Shown: positions 1-13,429 of the stretch, in pieces
Layout: each line of letters begins with the position of its first letter
Position numbering within the stretch: position 1 is the first letter of the stretch
Origin: Anthoceros angustus
Taxonomy: Eukaryota; Plantae; Anthocerotophyta
DNA length: 64,000 bases
Direction of reading: 5' to 3'
Assembly (NCBI GenBank): GCA_010909165.1
Contig: VJWM01000323.1
Location: 1 to 64,000, forward strand
Made by a program: the position numbers and the translations under genes
Notes under the pieces: model-generated
The model's input: the letters and a program-made list of their open reading frames with translations, nothing else
Told to the model about the DNA's origin: nothing
Database searches by the model: none

Positions 1-1050
1 TAGTCAATACCGAATGGGTGGCTCCAATAGTGGTAGTACCTAAGAGGCGCGTGCAAAATCCGAGTTTGTCGATCGGAGAAGGTTGAATAAAGTCACCAAG
101 AAGGATCACTTTCCGCTACCCTTCATCGATAATATCCTCGGATCCGTCGCAGTGTAATGGCGATTCATTCCTAGACGGTACTGGGTATAATCACCGCACC
201 TTAGGGAGAGCGATTGGCCTCGACCGCTTTTACAACCGATCGGGGACATATGCTTACAAGCGCATTTGGGTTGACGGAGCACTGGTCCTTCATGCGAGCC
301 ATCGCCAAAATTTTCAAGGACTTCCTCCGCGACTTTATGGAAGTTTTCCGGACGACGTATTGGGGCGCAAGGACCATCCGCCGCACCGGAAGTGCTCGAG
401 CGCCGAGCCACGCAATTATGCCCGCATCAAAAGTGCTACCATGTCAAGGAATTCTGGGCATCGAATTTCAAGCCGAGGTATAGAAGTAGATCCGGACAAG
501 GTAAAGGTCATCGCCACCCTTAGAGCAATTAACAACGCTAAAAGGAACTCCGCGGTTCCCGGGAATGGTCGGGTATTATAGACGCTTGCTCCAAATTTCG
601 CCAAGCGGCTGCCCCACTAACGAGCTTGTTAAGGAAGGATCGTGGAGGGAATGGACGCAACGGGAGGAAGCATTCCACTTACGCACTACACGCAGCCCCC
701 ACGCTAAAAGGACCGGATGGAGTAAGAAGTTCCACGCTGATGTTTCAGCATTTGCAATTGGGTCACCCAGCCACGGATGAGAAGAAGAAGGATTTTCCGA
801 TCTACTATGCTGCGAGACAAGAGGAGTGGAAGCGTGTGGTGGAATCGCAGAAATTCCCAGAAGTAAAGTGAGGCGTATATAGGTATCCGTATGCCCATAG
901 CCCCTAGGTCCGTGTCCGTGAAGCGACGACAGGCTCGGCGCGGGCGCTACGGCAGGGACCCGCCACATATCAACTGCCATCATGCGGTGGCCGAGTCTAC
1001 TACGGTGGTGGGTTTGGCAGGAGAAGGTGGGTAGTGAGCTCGGTAGGTCT
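1..1050 (+). pseudogene. Ty3/Gypsy (Athila/Tat-like) reverse transcriptase-RNase H remnant, frameshifted
   Basis: Translates across frameshifts to WVAPIVVVPK...RLNKVTKKDHFPLPFIDNIL, TAFTTDRG, FMEVF, GIEVDPDKVKVI, PIYYA and IMRW. KDHFPLPFID is typical of non-chromovirus Gypsy RT. No integrase follows. Confidence 0.85.
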
Positions 1051-1164
1051 AGAATCCATAGATTCGTAACACCTCGACACAACACCATTCCCTTGGATCG
1101 AATCTCAGGACTATAACGACATAGAGGGTAAATGTGGCCCTTTTGCCTTCGGATGCAAAACCCA

Positions 1165-3625
1165 TTCCACACTCCGGAAAAGAAATGGGTCAAACGACCC
1201 TCTAAAAGGCGTATACACCGAAGGGCGGTAGGGTCGAGACCACGTACCAGAGGTCGCCACACTGAGGTTGAGCTAAGAGCAAACTAGCATGGTAGGTGTA
1301 TCACTGCTGCAGGTACTAAATCTCGCTAAAAAGGGAAAATTAGGATAGGGAGATATCCACTATATATGCTCACCAATAGGGAGATAAATAAATAGGATTA
1401 ATTAGAAGGTAATTCATTAGGGGTAGCAAATAGGATAGGGAAATAGGCAATTTAGGTAGGATTAGGTGTTTTAGAATGGTGAATCAAATCTAGGGCTGAG
1501 CAGCCTCTAGGTGGCAGTAATCCAAGGAGGGCAAAGTGCAGTTTCGGCAGCACCAACTCCCTCTTCGAACTGAGGCGCTTTCACAAGAGACTGAGGTGGA
1601 GCGTAAGAGGAAGAGGAGGAGAGGAGAGGAAAGCTGCCATCGCCCTTGCCATCGCCACCACGACCAAGACTGGGCGCACAAGGGAGCCAGGCGCGCGAGC
1701 TGAGGAGGAAGGAGCGAACCCTAGCTGTGGGTTGAGTTCAAAGACACGAGGAGAAGAATCGCGAGAGACGCCGAGGACGTGGAGAGTGACGAGCCCCGCC
1801 CGCCGGACGAATACCGCCGTGAGGCGCCGAGTGGGTGTAGCAGACCGCCGACTACGGGAGCAATGACACAAGGAGAGGCCTCAAGGACATTTACCGCCAC
1901 GCCCGGTCCGGGAAGAGGAATGGCTAAGCACCAAGGGCACTGGGCGCCTGACGAGAACTAACGTACGCTTGTGTCCTAGGTTGGGTTTTGTTGTCAGTGG
2001 CAAGGGGGTGAGAAGCTGGAAGTGAAGCTCTGAAAATTACCAACACTGGAAAGTGGGAAGTAATTCACTCCCCTAGACGCGCTTGGGTTGGAAAGGCGCC
2101 ATGCCTCGAGCAGGGAAGGGCAAGGGGAAGGAACCGCCTGCCAAGGGTTCCTCCTCGCGAGGAGAAAAGGGAAAGAAGGCGGAAGCGGAGGCTGCACCGC
2201 CAGGGGGAGATGAACTTGTGATGCCCCGTCACGCTTTGCGGGCAGCTCAATCTGCGTGATTTGGTAGATTTCGCAATGGGCGTGGAGAAAACATCCACTG
2301 ATGGGTGTATGGCCGCCAATGGGCCTAAACCAATAATTTGAATTGATTGAGGAGTGTTACATCAACCTCCATCAATCAGCAGCCCTTGCGGCTACGAGAG
2401 GAATGCTCGAATCGACCCACTGTTACACTGCTAGGAGCATCCGCATGTGTTTATGAAAGGTCGAGGAGGAGAGTTCGAATTGCTCCCTCGAGAGGACGAA
2501 TGGAGGGAAGAGGATTTCATGAAATTCCACACAGGAGGTCCTAGATATGATGGACGGAGGAGTGAAGGCCCACGCCAAGAATGGCTGGAAGACTAGAAAG
2601 ATAAGGAGCAAGTGGCGGCTCTTGCCAAATTGTGTTGGTGAATTACCAACGGACGCCTTATTTCAAAGACCAACTTCCTCCAGCTTTTGGAAGATTTCAT
2701 GAGAGCCAAGCCGGATTGGGGCACCATAATGCATGAGGCCTATATCCATCACAGGGAGAAACTTAGGCCAAATTGTGGATGAGGAGGGCCACACATAAGC
2801 ACCAAAGACTTATTTGGTGCATTTGTGGGAAACGGAGGGGCTCTTGACAAGCAAAGAGCTTGAGGATGCTTGGCATCCTTTTGAGATAATCCACCTCCAG
2901 CCAAGCTTAGAGCAGCCTTTGCCTTTTGCTCTAAGGAAGACCATGGGAGGCCAGACCTCCACAAGCACACCAGGTACCTGCGGGCAAGGAGCCTGATGGG
3001 GAGTCGGGCCGTGGAGGCCTGGCTGTGGATGAAGGAGCCGGGGGGTCCGGTGTCATACCCCCAGGAGCAGGAGATAGCGCGGTGGAGGGAGCAGCCCCAC
3101 CGGAGGAGATCAAGGGCGGAGTCCGACCCGCCGAGGAAGGGGGAGGGGTGAAAAGCTCCCTCACCCCACAAACAAGGGAAGAGCCCGGGCCAGGAGAGGA
3201 GACTAACGCAAAAAGGGGCCAGAGAAGTTAGTGGAAACATCGGCCAACAATTGGGGGAGGAAGACTCTTTAAGAATGCTCCATGATAGGCATGGACAAAC
3301 CAAACAGGAGGAAAGGAGCAAGGAGGATTCCAACTCAAGAGACAGCACCGATGGGAGGAAGAAAGGAAAGAATGAGGGTCAGACTACCATGGTAGGTAGT
3401 CAAACTACCCCGGTAGTCTGCCATAGGGTGCTGATGGAAGGAGCACCGCCAGATCGCGGAAGGTAGAAGCAAGGACGCCTGAGGGCGTGGCGGGGGCGCG
3501 ATTGCTGGATGATGAGAGGGATCAAGGCGCCGCCCCGCGAAGTAGGAGGAAGGGGCAGGATGGTACTTGCCCCACAAACCAGGAAGGCGACAAGACTCGG
3601 GAAGAGGTGGAACGAAAAGCCTAGG
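1165..3625 (+). mobile_element. Fragment of the giant Gypsy LTR (U3 part, internally deleted)
   Basis: Reverse-complement homology to 39.45-42.95k and 17.9-21.5k, e.g. ccactatatatgctc at ~1357 and NLELIEECYINLHQS at ~2335-2375. About 1.5 kb of the full LTR is missing near 2980-3060. Confidence 0.8.
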
Positions 3626-3967
3626 CACTCCTACTTTTTTGGATCAAAAGGATCAAACTAGAGCAAGCACAACGGGAGAGAATTGAAGTGAAGTGGAAGA
3701 GAATTGTCAAGATCTTGAGGCAATTTGTTGGAGAATGAGGAGTAGAGGGTGAAGCCAAGGAAGTAGCTTGAGGTTGCTGCACAAGCAATTGTTGATAGGC
3801 TGAGGCAAAGGCCGATTATTGGGACCACTACCAAGTTTGAGGGGAAGGCAAAGTAATTTGCCACATGTGTGGAAGAAGTGAGACATGGGCAGGTGCTCAT
3901 ATTGCTGAGATTTTGAAGTAAGGAGGACTGCTAGGTAGAGATGTGTGGCAAGGGTTGCTGCAGGAAG

Positions 3968-4125
3968 TGCTAACGCGGAAGCGTGCTTACAAATGAAAAG
4001 CATTAATTAATAAATGGCATGAGATGTCTCTTTAAATACAAAAATTTGGTGTCTCTTGAGTTAACTACCTAACTAGAGTATATTCAATATGAGATAAGCT
4101 ATGTTAGGGTTTCTTACTCCTAACA
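3968..4125 (-). repeat. Copia A 3' LTR (158 bp)
   Basis: TG...CA termini. Differs from 14757-14914 by 3 substitutions, all transitions. PPT complement ctcccact follows at 4126. Confidence 0.95.
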
Positions 4126-5039
4126 CTCCCACTAAACCTTACATGGCTTATGAATACATAACCATAAACTGACGTAAAGGGCATCATTGAACTTCATTAC
4201 CCTCCAGCTACTCTACACGCAGATAAACACATGGAGCCCTCAGGCCTTCTTAAGTTGTGCATGCCTCGATGGGAGTGAGGTCGCGCAACACCAGATGAAG
4301 ACCGCCAGCACCGGGGTGAGCCGACGCCGCTGGAGGAACCACCGTGGGCGCCAAAGACCGCCCACGACTCCCAAGCCGTGACCAGCCGAGCAACACACCA
4401 GTGATCAACATTGAGCCCCCGGAAACCTCCAGAGCTTCAAGGCCAAGCATCACAAATCTGGATCCTGCACCCAATACAACTGACGAAGAGGACGAGGTGG
4501 CGAGCATCCCTCAACGCAGAGCCCGTGTGAGGACCTCCCACCGCCTCCTCGCTAGCCGACTCGTGGAAGAAGATTTGCAACGCCACGAGATGGAGAAATT
4601 GCTGGATGTGAAGAGAGCTGGCGGCTAGGCAGTCGAGCTCATGAAGAATCTGGAAAGAGTCACAGCGCCAGAGAAGCCTTTGACGACATAGAGGTGAACA
4701 GAGCGACAGGGGATCACGAGATGGCAGCTGCAGGCGCGCTGGTGAGCAGCTGCGGTCCTGTGGTGCTGCCCCACTCCAGAAGAAAGAAAGACCTAATATG
4801 CATGTGCTGCTTACGCTTAGATACTAGATTGTGCTTCATCCTCTAAGTAGCCATGTTTACAACCCTTGCTATGATCTGTGCAGGAAGGCTACAAACCCAG
4901 GGTGACACCACGTGAAGACTGAAGGTCTGAAGGAAAGGTTGTGATTAAAGCCTTCAAGGTGCAGACCTCCTTTTTTTTATGGTGTGCCAAACACTGTGAA
5001 GCTGAGAGCCTTAGTCCTGTACAGTCAGTAGGGTATGAG

Positions 5040-6600
5040 CTAGGGATAGGCAAACTCTTGGAGCCCCAAAGCAGCCATGTGCTGAAAATGTTTACTTTTT
5101 GGAAGCCCTTTAGTAAAGATATCAGCTGTGTTTTCCTGTGTGTTCACATACTCTACCTTGACAATCCCACGCTCAGCTGTATCTCGAATGTAATGGTGAT
5201 ACAGCTCTATATGTTTGGTCCTGGCATGAAACCTAGGGTTTGCCACTAGAGCAATGGCACTCATATTGTCGCAGCAGCGTATGAGTTGGACCCGGTTCCG
5301 GCTAATCGACTCCAAAATTGCCTTCCCACTGCCTCGGGCAGCATCTCAGTGAGTGCTTTGTACTCGGCTTCAGTCGAGGAAAGAGCCAAGGAAGTCTGCT
5401 TTTACGCCTTCAAATGATGGTGCTGAGCAGAAAACAATACGCAGATGTTCTTCCTCGTGTCAGATCCGAGGCCCGGCACAAGATAAGAGATAAGCTCTAA
5501 CCATATTCTAATCGCTGTATAGTGAAGGCCATAGGAAATGGTACCCTTAAGATACCTCAGATGCTACGATCAAGGCCCAATGTGCACGCCTGTGCCTTTT
5601 AAAACTGGAAACCCGAGACAGTAACTAATATCGGGCCTTGTCCAATTGGCCAGAAAGATGAGACACCCATCGCTCAGAGGTAAGGGACAGCCCGATATCT
5701 CGGAATTCACCGCCGATCGAGGAGACATGGCACCGTGAGCTTTTCCACCTGCAGAGGGAGGGCTACAGATGAGCATCAAAGAAGGTGAAACGCTGAGAAT
5801 CTCCTTGATATATTTCGTTTGATGTAAAATGATCTGACCAAGTGTCCGCTTGCGCAGGATCTGGATACCCAGACAAAACTGCAAGTCCCCTTGATCCGTC
5901 ATTTCAAACTCTTGACGCAACATGTCCTTGACCTTTTCCAACTGCGCAGTGCTGTTGCTTAAGAGTACACAGTCGTGCAGTCGTCCACATAGAGTGCAAG
6001 GATGACAAATAACGAGCCAGCAGGAAGGTAAAAAACATTTGTATCCGCAGAGGATTGCAGGAAACCAAGTTTGCGTAGATATTTCATAATCCGCTTATAC
6101 ACAGCCCTAGGGATCGCTTAAGGTCAGAGATGTTTCAAAAGCATACACCTTTCTTTTGGCGGCGAAGCGATAACCTTCCGTGGTCGCCCATGGCTGTGGT
6201 CTCTTCAAGGTCCCCATGCAAGAACGCGGTACACACATCCATCTGCTGAACCTCTAGATCATACTCTGCTACCATAGCCAAAAGAATCCGGACAGAGGGA
6301 GGCTTAACAACAGGTGAGAAGGTGTTCATATTCATATGAATGATCGAAACCACGAGCAACTGAAGCGATATTCAGCAATCGTGCCATCAGCTTTCAACTT
6401 AGTTTTAAACACCCACTTGCAGCTTATGGGCTTTCTGCCTTCAGGTAAATCTACCAGCTCCCAAGTGTTGCTCTTTATCAAAGAGGAATACTCATCATCT
6501 ATAGACTTTCTCCAGTGTATGCCATCAGGACCATTGATGGCTTCCTCATACGTTTGTGGGTCAGGACGAACGTCTGGTACAGAAAGATCTGCTACATGAG
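5040..6600 (-). pseudogene. Copia A reverse transcriptase and RNase H (frameshifted)
   Basis: DNMSAIALVANPRFHARTKHIELYHHYIRD...ENTADIFTKGL; EFEMTDQGDLQFCLGIQI; VQQMDVCTAFLHGDLEE; upstream PQTYEEAINGPDGIHWRKSIDDEYSSLIKSNTWELV. Confidence 0.93.
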
Positions 6601-7047
6601 CTTGGGCACCTCGACGAAAATCAATAGACTGATAAGGAGGTTCCAGCCAATTCTCACGAGAACGCCGCTCACGCGTGGGATAACGAGGTTCTCAAAGAAC
6701 CACCGCTCATCCGCGCATTCCCACGAAGATCTCAAGATCTCGATATATCCGCTACCATGAGATCCCGAATGGAACCTCGTGGAATCAATGAAAGGTGATC
6801 AAAGAATCCTTGATCCACATGAGGAGCAAGGCTTGGACATCGCATCTTCGTGTCCGGGCAGAGCGTCCTCGCCATCGAGTCCGGATAAACCATGGTTGCG
6901 AGTCGCTAAGTGGAATCTGATTCGCAGCAGGAGCAACCTGAGGAACTCCATCAAGTGAGCCAGAACTTATGTCCTCAGCATCAGATGTGTGAGAATCATC
7001 AGCTGCAGGTACCAGTATTGTTGTTCCAAAGAAGGTCTCGTTGGCCC

Positions 7048-8175
7048 TCACGAGTCACCATGTACACCACGAGCCAAAACCACCTTTCGTGTTGCAGGCT
7101 CATACAACTTATATGCCTTTGATACCTCTGAATAGCCAAGAAAAAGCAAGGGCCGAGCCCTGTCATCTAACTTACGCCTTTTGCAGGGACGAAGCCATGT
7201 GGAGCCAAACACAAGATGGCCGTCGGGCTTCTTCTTCCGTAACGTTTCATACGGAGTTTTACGCAGGGAAGTAAGCACCTTTAAAATATAGGTCACGTAG
7301 TCAATGCTCACCAAGAATGTTTTGGTAGACCAGCCCGTCCAAGCATGCTCCTGGTCATACCCATGAGGGTCTGATTCTTGCGCTCGGCAACCCCGTTTTG
7401 TTGTTGTGTATAGGGAATAGCAAGCTGACGGATGATCCCATGAGCAGCAAACAGCACATCATACTGGTGACCAATAAATTCTCCACCATTGTCGGTGCGA
7501 AAGCACTTCACAAGATTGCCTGTCTGCCTTTGTACCATGGGAATCCATGTCTCTATGCACTCAAAAGCATCACTTTTGTGACGAAGAGGAAACACCCATG
7601 TATAGCGGGAGAAGTCGTCCGTCAAGGTGAGATAATACTCTGCTCCACCAAGGGACTTAACTTGAAGCTTTCCAGCTATGTCAGCATGGATGAGTTCCAA
7701 CACTGCCTGTGCCCTTTATGCCTGCTTGTTCTTAAAAGGGAGCTCCTTCTGCTTAGAGAGGACACAAGACTGACAGACTTGTAGCTGTTTGAAGCAGGAG
7801 GGCAGCTTCTCCCTATAACAATCTAAGGAAGACATGAGGTTCAATTTTTCCTTATTAATATGCCCATGAGACTTGCTTCGGAGTTGTAGAGGCTACATGA
7901 ACAAAGAAGACGTGAATCACATATCTAATTGATAGTGTGTCATTCATGTCGGCCTCGCAACACACTTTCTGACCGATAGTCATACAGCAAGTGCCCTGTT
8001 CAAAAGAGAAACCATACTTTCGGCCTGGTCGCCTATCGCAGGGATTCTTTGACATATAGCAGGACATGAGGACATCCTCCAAGACAACTTGAGAACCATC
8101 GGCTGGGGTAAGAGTACCCATCTTGGCAGCCTATGCTCTAGAGTCCCCACATAAACCGACCGGCTGGACTTCGAT
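7048..8175 (-). pseudogene. Copia A integrase and protease C-terminal / pre-integrase region
   Basis: LELIHADIAG...YYLTLTDDFSRYTWVF...FRTDNGGEF...YTQQQNGVAERKNQTL; KLDDRARPLLFLGYSEVSKAYKLY; upstream SVYVG...GTLT...LEDVL. Confidence 0.92.
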
Positions 8176-8179
8176 GAAA

Positions 8180-9700
8180 GGTCAGAGGATGACTGGAGGA
8201 GGAAGAGGAAGGCATGGAGCAAGATCCGCTCACGGGAGACCTTCTTGCGGGAGAGTGGAGGCGAGGGCCATAAGAAGTTGACCCTACGTCCGTAGGAGGT
8301 GTAGAGGGTGGCCCTACATCCGTAGGGATCACCAGGCTGCGGCAGACGCGGAGGTAATTGAAGAGGTTGGTGGTAGCTTGGAGGTGGGCTCATTGCTTGG
8401 GGAGACTTTCTTTAGAGGAGGACAGATTAATGCTTGTCAACCCAAAGAGGGTGTGTTGACTAGCTAGATAGGAATGTTGACAGAGCCATTAAGGCTCACA
8501 TAGGTGAAGTTTGCTAGAATTTTTACCCAAGATGCTTGGATGTCGAACTTAAAAGTCCGGCAGGATACACTAGAATAAGAAGGAGTGAGGCCAAGAGGGC
8601 GCGTGGGAGGAGGCTGTGAGGACCTCCCTATAAAAGGAGGGAGCTTGTGAAGTAAAATTATGGTCTTGCGCTCCCACTCGAGTCCTTTGCTCCTTGTGAA
8701 GGAAGTTCGTACCGCAAGCTAACGAAAGGCCGGGTAGAGAGGGAGTCGGAGTGCTTGGCGGAGAGCCTCGCCTTGCGGCGCCCGCAGTTGCTCCCTTGTG
8801 AATGGTTGCGTGAAATTGCTTTGCTTTGGGTGTGTGGCGATGCCCAAGGAACTCGGCTTGAGGGTAGACTACAGGAAAGACTCGGAGGTTCTCGCTGTCG
8901 GTGCAAACTCATAGCAACCCGCCCAAGGAAGAACTTGTTGGCTTGTAGGCGACCCTGCAGTGCCGTAAGGGCGAGCTAAAGTGAGCTTGAAGTAAGGTTA
9001 GATTAGGAGGATGAGGAGTTGAGTTGAGGTGAGTGTTGAGGAGAATGTGGAGCTGAATGTTGAGTAGAGGAGTAGGTAGAGATTAGGAGTAAGAAGAAGG
9101 CCCAAGTCGAGCCTAAGGGAGGGGTCCCAACCGCACCAAACCGAGACCGGAAGCGGGCTAAGGTCTCAAAATCACGGGTGGAGAAGTCGCTACCGTAGGG
9201 GGGTCCCTATGCGCGAGACGGTGGACCTCAGAGTGGGACCCACGATCGTAGGATGTCGTTGTAGGTCCAGGAGTGGTGATTCCCGAGCAAAGGCGGAGTG
9301 GCGCCCGCCGAGTTGGTGGTTGAGGTGTGCCAATTGTGGGAAGGCGGGGAAAGGAATAGTGGACGATCACGGGTGGTGAAGTCGCGTTGCAACGTAGGGG
9401 GTCCCTACGGCGTAGTCACCGACCTACCGCTGGGGTGTGGACCTATAGTCGAGGGTGTCGCTTGTAGGTCTGGAAGCGGTGATTGACGGAGCAGCACGGT
9501 GAGGCGTGGCTGCTGTCTGTGGAGTGAGTTGAAGTTGCTCCACCGTGTGAGGGAGCTTGGGGTGTGAAGAGGCGGTGGTTTGTGCCTTGGATGTTGGTGA
9601 CCGACAAACAAGAGTCTCATGGGACGAAACCTATTGTACTTAGCGATGGGATAAGTGTGGCCACTAGAGGGTGAATCTAAGCCCCGGGTTTTCCTCCACA
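8180..9700 (+). mobile_element. 3' part (TATA-R-U5) of a giant Gypsy LTR acting as the 5' LTR of a nested element
   Basis: Reverse-complement homology to 16842-17800. Ends GGGTTTTCCTCCACA at 9700 and is followed directly by a TGGCGC-type PBS. The left boundary is approximate. Confidence 0.85.
8629..8635 (+). promoter_or_regulatory. LTR TATA box (CCCTATAAAAGG)
   Basis: Same motif at the equivalent position in other copies: 22319-22325 (+), 23932-23937 (+), 17667-17674 (-), 39181-39188 (-). Confidence 0.7.
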
Positions 9701-9704
9701 TTTT

Positions 9705-9720
9705 TGGCGCTGTCGGGACT
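9705..9720 (+). other. Primer-binding site (TGGCGC...GGGAC; tRNA-Asp or tRNA-Lys type, degenerate)
   Basis: TGGCGCTGTCGGGACT begins 5 nt after the LTR terminal CA. It resembles Athila/Tat PBSs; the exact tRNA is ambiguous. Confidence 0.65.
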
Positions 9721-12700
9721 CTTTGCTTTGGCAAGTCAGAGTGGAAGAGGCATGAACATTGTTGAGAATCTCTAATCGGGGATGAGAAGAAGAAGTTTTA
9801 TTGCAGTATAGAGAGGAGATCGCCTGATTTTTGCAAGTGGTGTGAGAGTTGCATGACGGTAGAGGAAGAAGTGAGGAGAGAACTCTTGCAAGAGGAAGCT
9901 ACATGTGCTAACATTTTCAAGGGTTCCGTTGAGGAAGAAGAGGTAGTTGTCTAAGAGGAGGAGAAGGTTGTGCTCACGGACAACAAGAGGAAGGAAGTTG
10001 TTGCCGAGGAGTTGCCGATCAAGGGTGAGGGTCAAGAACGAGCCACGTTAGTAATTTCCGAGGTACATCTTCCGCTCGCAAGAGAAGGACTTTTGGGATT
10101 GTCGAGCTCTTCTAGCTTGATTTTGTCGTCGGAGGAGGAAGGCAAGAGGGTGAGATTTGGCAAAGGAGAAGTTGGGGTATGAAATCTAACGGCTATTTCG
10201 CAAGGTCTTGATCGAATTATTGCCCAACTTGCTGCCCTTTCAACCTTGCTTGTTAGGAGGATCGAGGCGCTTGTGTGCCCAAGTCTGGTATAGTACATCC
10301 CGCTTGCAGCAGATTTGTTTACGCCAGACAGGTGGAATCTGGGAGGTGTGCCCGGTTTTGTGGACGCCCTTGACCATGATAGGAGGAAGCAGAGGTGGTG
10401 GGAGTCACCAACAGCCGCCAGTGATGTGAGATTTGGGGAGAAGAAACGAGATCACATGTTGGTCCTTGAGAACTCACAAGGAAGAGGGGGAGTCTTTGTA
10501 TGATTATGTAGAGGGATTTATGGTTACTTCAAGAGAGTACCACCACGTCCGGAAGGAGTGACCTTTTCCGATAAAAGTTCGAGAAGTTCGAGGGAATGTA
10601 TGATGCTATAGAAGACGAGAGCTAGAGTCCGTAAGGTAGCAAGGATTTCTAAGTACCTAGGTGTAGAGGAGATGGTAGAGTTGAAGAAGTTTGGGGAGCA
10701 ACATGTGAATGAAAGTTTTATTTTTCGAGAAACCGGAGAACGACTTGAGGCCACAGATGACCGATTTCGACGAGGAGTTGGTTGCCACGGGTCAAGGGGG
10801 AGGACGTGAGCATGTTGTAGACAGCCTAAGAATTGATCAGCAAGACTTGTTGCAGAGAGGCCAAATGAGCAAGAAGGGAGCGCAGCGTGAAAAAGCCGCA
10901 GCAGACAACTGGAACCGAGAGAGAGGATAAGGGGGCGCCAGCATGGGCGCAAAGAGGAGGCTGAAATGATCCTCAAGGGTGAGCAGTCAGGAGGGCTGCA
11001 AGTGGAGGCCATCACGATGGCAAAGAAACAAAGAAAACGACGAGCACCGCCAAAGAACAAGGAAGGCGCCCCACTTGGCGAGGTCAGAAGCCAGGCGCCA
11101 TGAGGCCGCAAGGAGGAGAAGGCCCTAGGGAGGTGGACACACCAGAGGGCGAAGGAGGAGATGCGCTTCATGAAAAGTTTGAGCGTAAACCGAAGGGAGA
11201 GTTGGCGATCCGTGGCAATCACTCAAAATTCACCATGGAGGTGCAGCAAGGCGAGGAGGTCGCCATGGGAGCGCAATCTGACCTGGACATGAGGCTAGGC
11301 CAACAAGAAGGGAGGAAATCGGAACTTGGTTGGAAGGGAGTCACAACCCGACCGCAAGCCGTAAAACTTGCAAGATTGGCAAAGCAGGAGGAAACGGTTT
11401 TGTGAATGAGGTTGAGCATGCCGTCAGCAACAACGCCCAGGGGTTTGCTGGTAAGCGAGCTAGCAAGAGACCACAACGCTGGCAAGGATGATGGAGAAAT
11501 TGCGAAGAAATCGCAATTTGGAGGAAGGAGAAGTGGCACACAAAATGGTGTGCCGAGGAGTGGCCAGAGCCCGTGGAGCGAGGATGGCTCTATGGTGATG
11601 TGTATGAAGGAGGATTGTGGAGAAATCACACCTCAAGATATGCTTGCGTGGAATTGCAAGAAGGAGCACCACCAATTCACGGTCGACAGGAAATTGCCGT
11701 GAAACCGCAGAACGTAAGGAGATCGCCACTAGATCGCGATCTAGGGCTAGACATGAGTCTAGAAGGTCGGGAGATGGTGTACCAGCGATGATGCACAAAG
11801 CTGCACTGCACCAGTGTGAGCGAGGCGGCCAGCACCAACATCCACCGTGAACAAGCTAGATGGAAACAAGCAAGGCGTGGCTGGCCTAGAGGTCAAGAGC
11901 AAGTCTTGATGCTAGAAAGCCAAGGATCCGTGAAGGGAGTTTTGTGTGAGATGCCGCAACCTAATGAATTGGGGATTCCGAGCGAGGAGAAAGGGTGAGC
12001 AAGAGGGCTGCAAGTGGAGGCCACGAAGTGGCAAAGGGAGAAGAGAAACGGAGAAAAGGAGGGACTCCCACACATGGCGGTGTGGAAGAGCGTATGATGG
12101 AGCCTCGAGTAGGGACGGCTCGAGGATGGTGTGCATGGAAAGAAGCGTGAAGAAACCGCGATTCAAGGGGAGCAGAAAAGGAATTGGCGAATTCATGGGC
12201 GGCCAAGGAAGCCACTTTTGTGGAGGTACGGCATGTCGAGAGTATTGTCGAGGAGCGAGCTAGCTCGGGCCGGAGCCTAAGGTCATGGCGGTGACCACCG
12301 CCGCAAGAAGAGTTGACGACCGTAGGCATGGATACCGCAGCTGGCGATGCAAGGAGCGTGCGGCCCACGGGTCATAATGTACATGCGCACGCTGTCCGCG
12401 GTGGGCGAGGAAGTGGCAAAAAGTGCATGCAAAGAGGTTGGAGGCCATTATTTAGTGTAAATCACGTGAAGAAAATCTTAGATGCATTGTGGGCTTACAG
12501 AAAGCGGAGAAAGTGACTACCAAGAAGACTCTATTATTTAACGTATGGGATGTCTCCGTGATGCCTGAATTTGAGGTACCTACCTATAGATCATGGAGGA
12601 TGAGCGAAATTGCAGAGGAGAGTGGGAAGTTAGACTAGAGTCTTTCATAGAGCATGAGGAATGGGAAGAGGCTTTAGAAGAAACCCAAATAATTCAGGAG

Positions 12701-12947
12701 CTTAGAAAGGAGAGGCATGATGGGAATTAAGGAAGCAAGAGGCTATCATGGCCGGGATTTGGTTCTTCTATATGATGGTCGTTACATGGATTTCGGAAGC
12801 TTAGGACCGACGTGTGGTGGCAGTATGAGAATGGATCCGCAATTACGCCGGATGGGGATTTGCTACTAACTAGAGTGAATGGGTGGAAGGTTAAGAAGCA
12901 CCTTCACTGAGATCTCTTGCGAGGACGCAAACAGTGAGGAGGGAGTA

Positions 12948-13130
12948 TGTGGAACGCAAAAGTTTGGGCAATCGGTTTAAGTGAGTTGTTTTTGAACAGT
13001 CCAATGCTTTTGATAGAAATGGTTTGGTGGAAACATGCAGAAATGTTTTTGTTCATTGAAGCCGGAGTCGAGGATGCTGGAAGGCAGAGAGGATACTTAG
13101 GGAAAAGAAACGGATCAAAATGACCTTCTA
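12948..13130 (+). mobile_element. Start of a 3' giant-family LTR (truncated), preceded by a PPT
   Basis: gtgaggagggagta|TGTGGAACGCAAAAGTTTGGGCAA matches the reverse complement of the solo-LTR ends at 21624 and 43079. Homology continues through ttgaagccggagt...gatcaaaatgacc. Confidence 0.75.
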
Positions 13131-13429
13131 GTGAGGAGGGTAGGAGACATATGTGAACGGTAGGAGATGTCCCACCGGTAGGAGGTATCCTACCACCGAG
13201 GAGAAACTCCTACCACGGTAGGCTGGTGAGAGAACTCCTACCCCATAGGTATGGGTAGGAGAATGTCCCACCACCGTAGGTAAGCGCCCAGCTAGCGTTT
13301 TGATGACCCACAGGAGTAGCTCCTACCACGGAAAAGGGTGAAGGCAATTAAGCCAAGGAAGTAGCTTGAGGTTGCAGTAAGCAAATGTTGATAGGCTTGC
13401 AGAGGCAAAGGCCTGATTATTCCACCACC

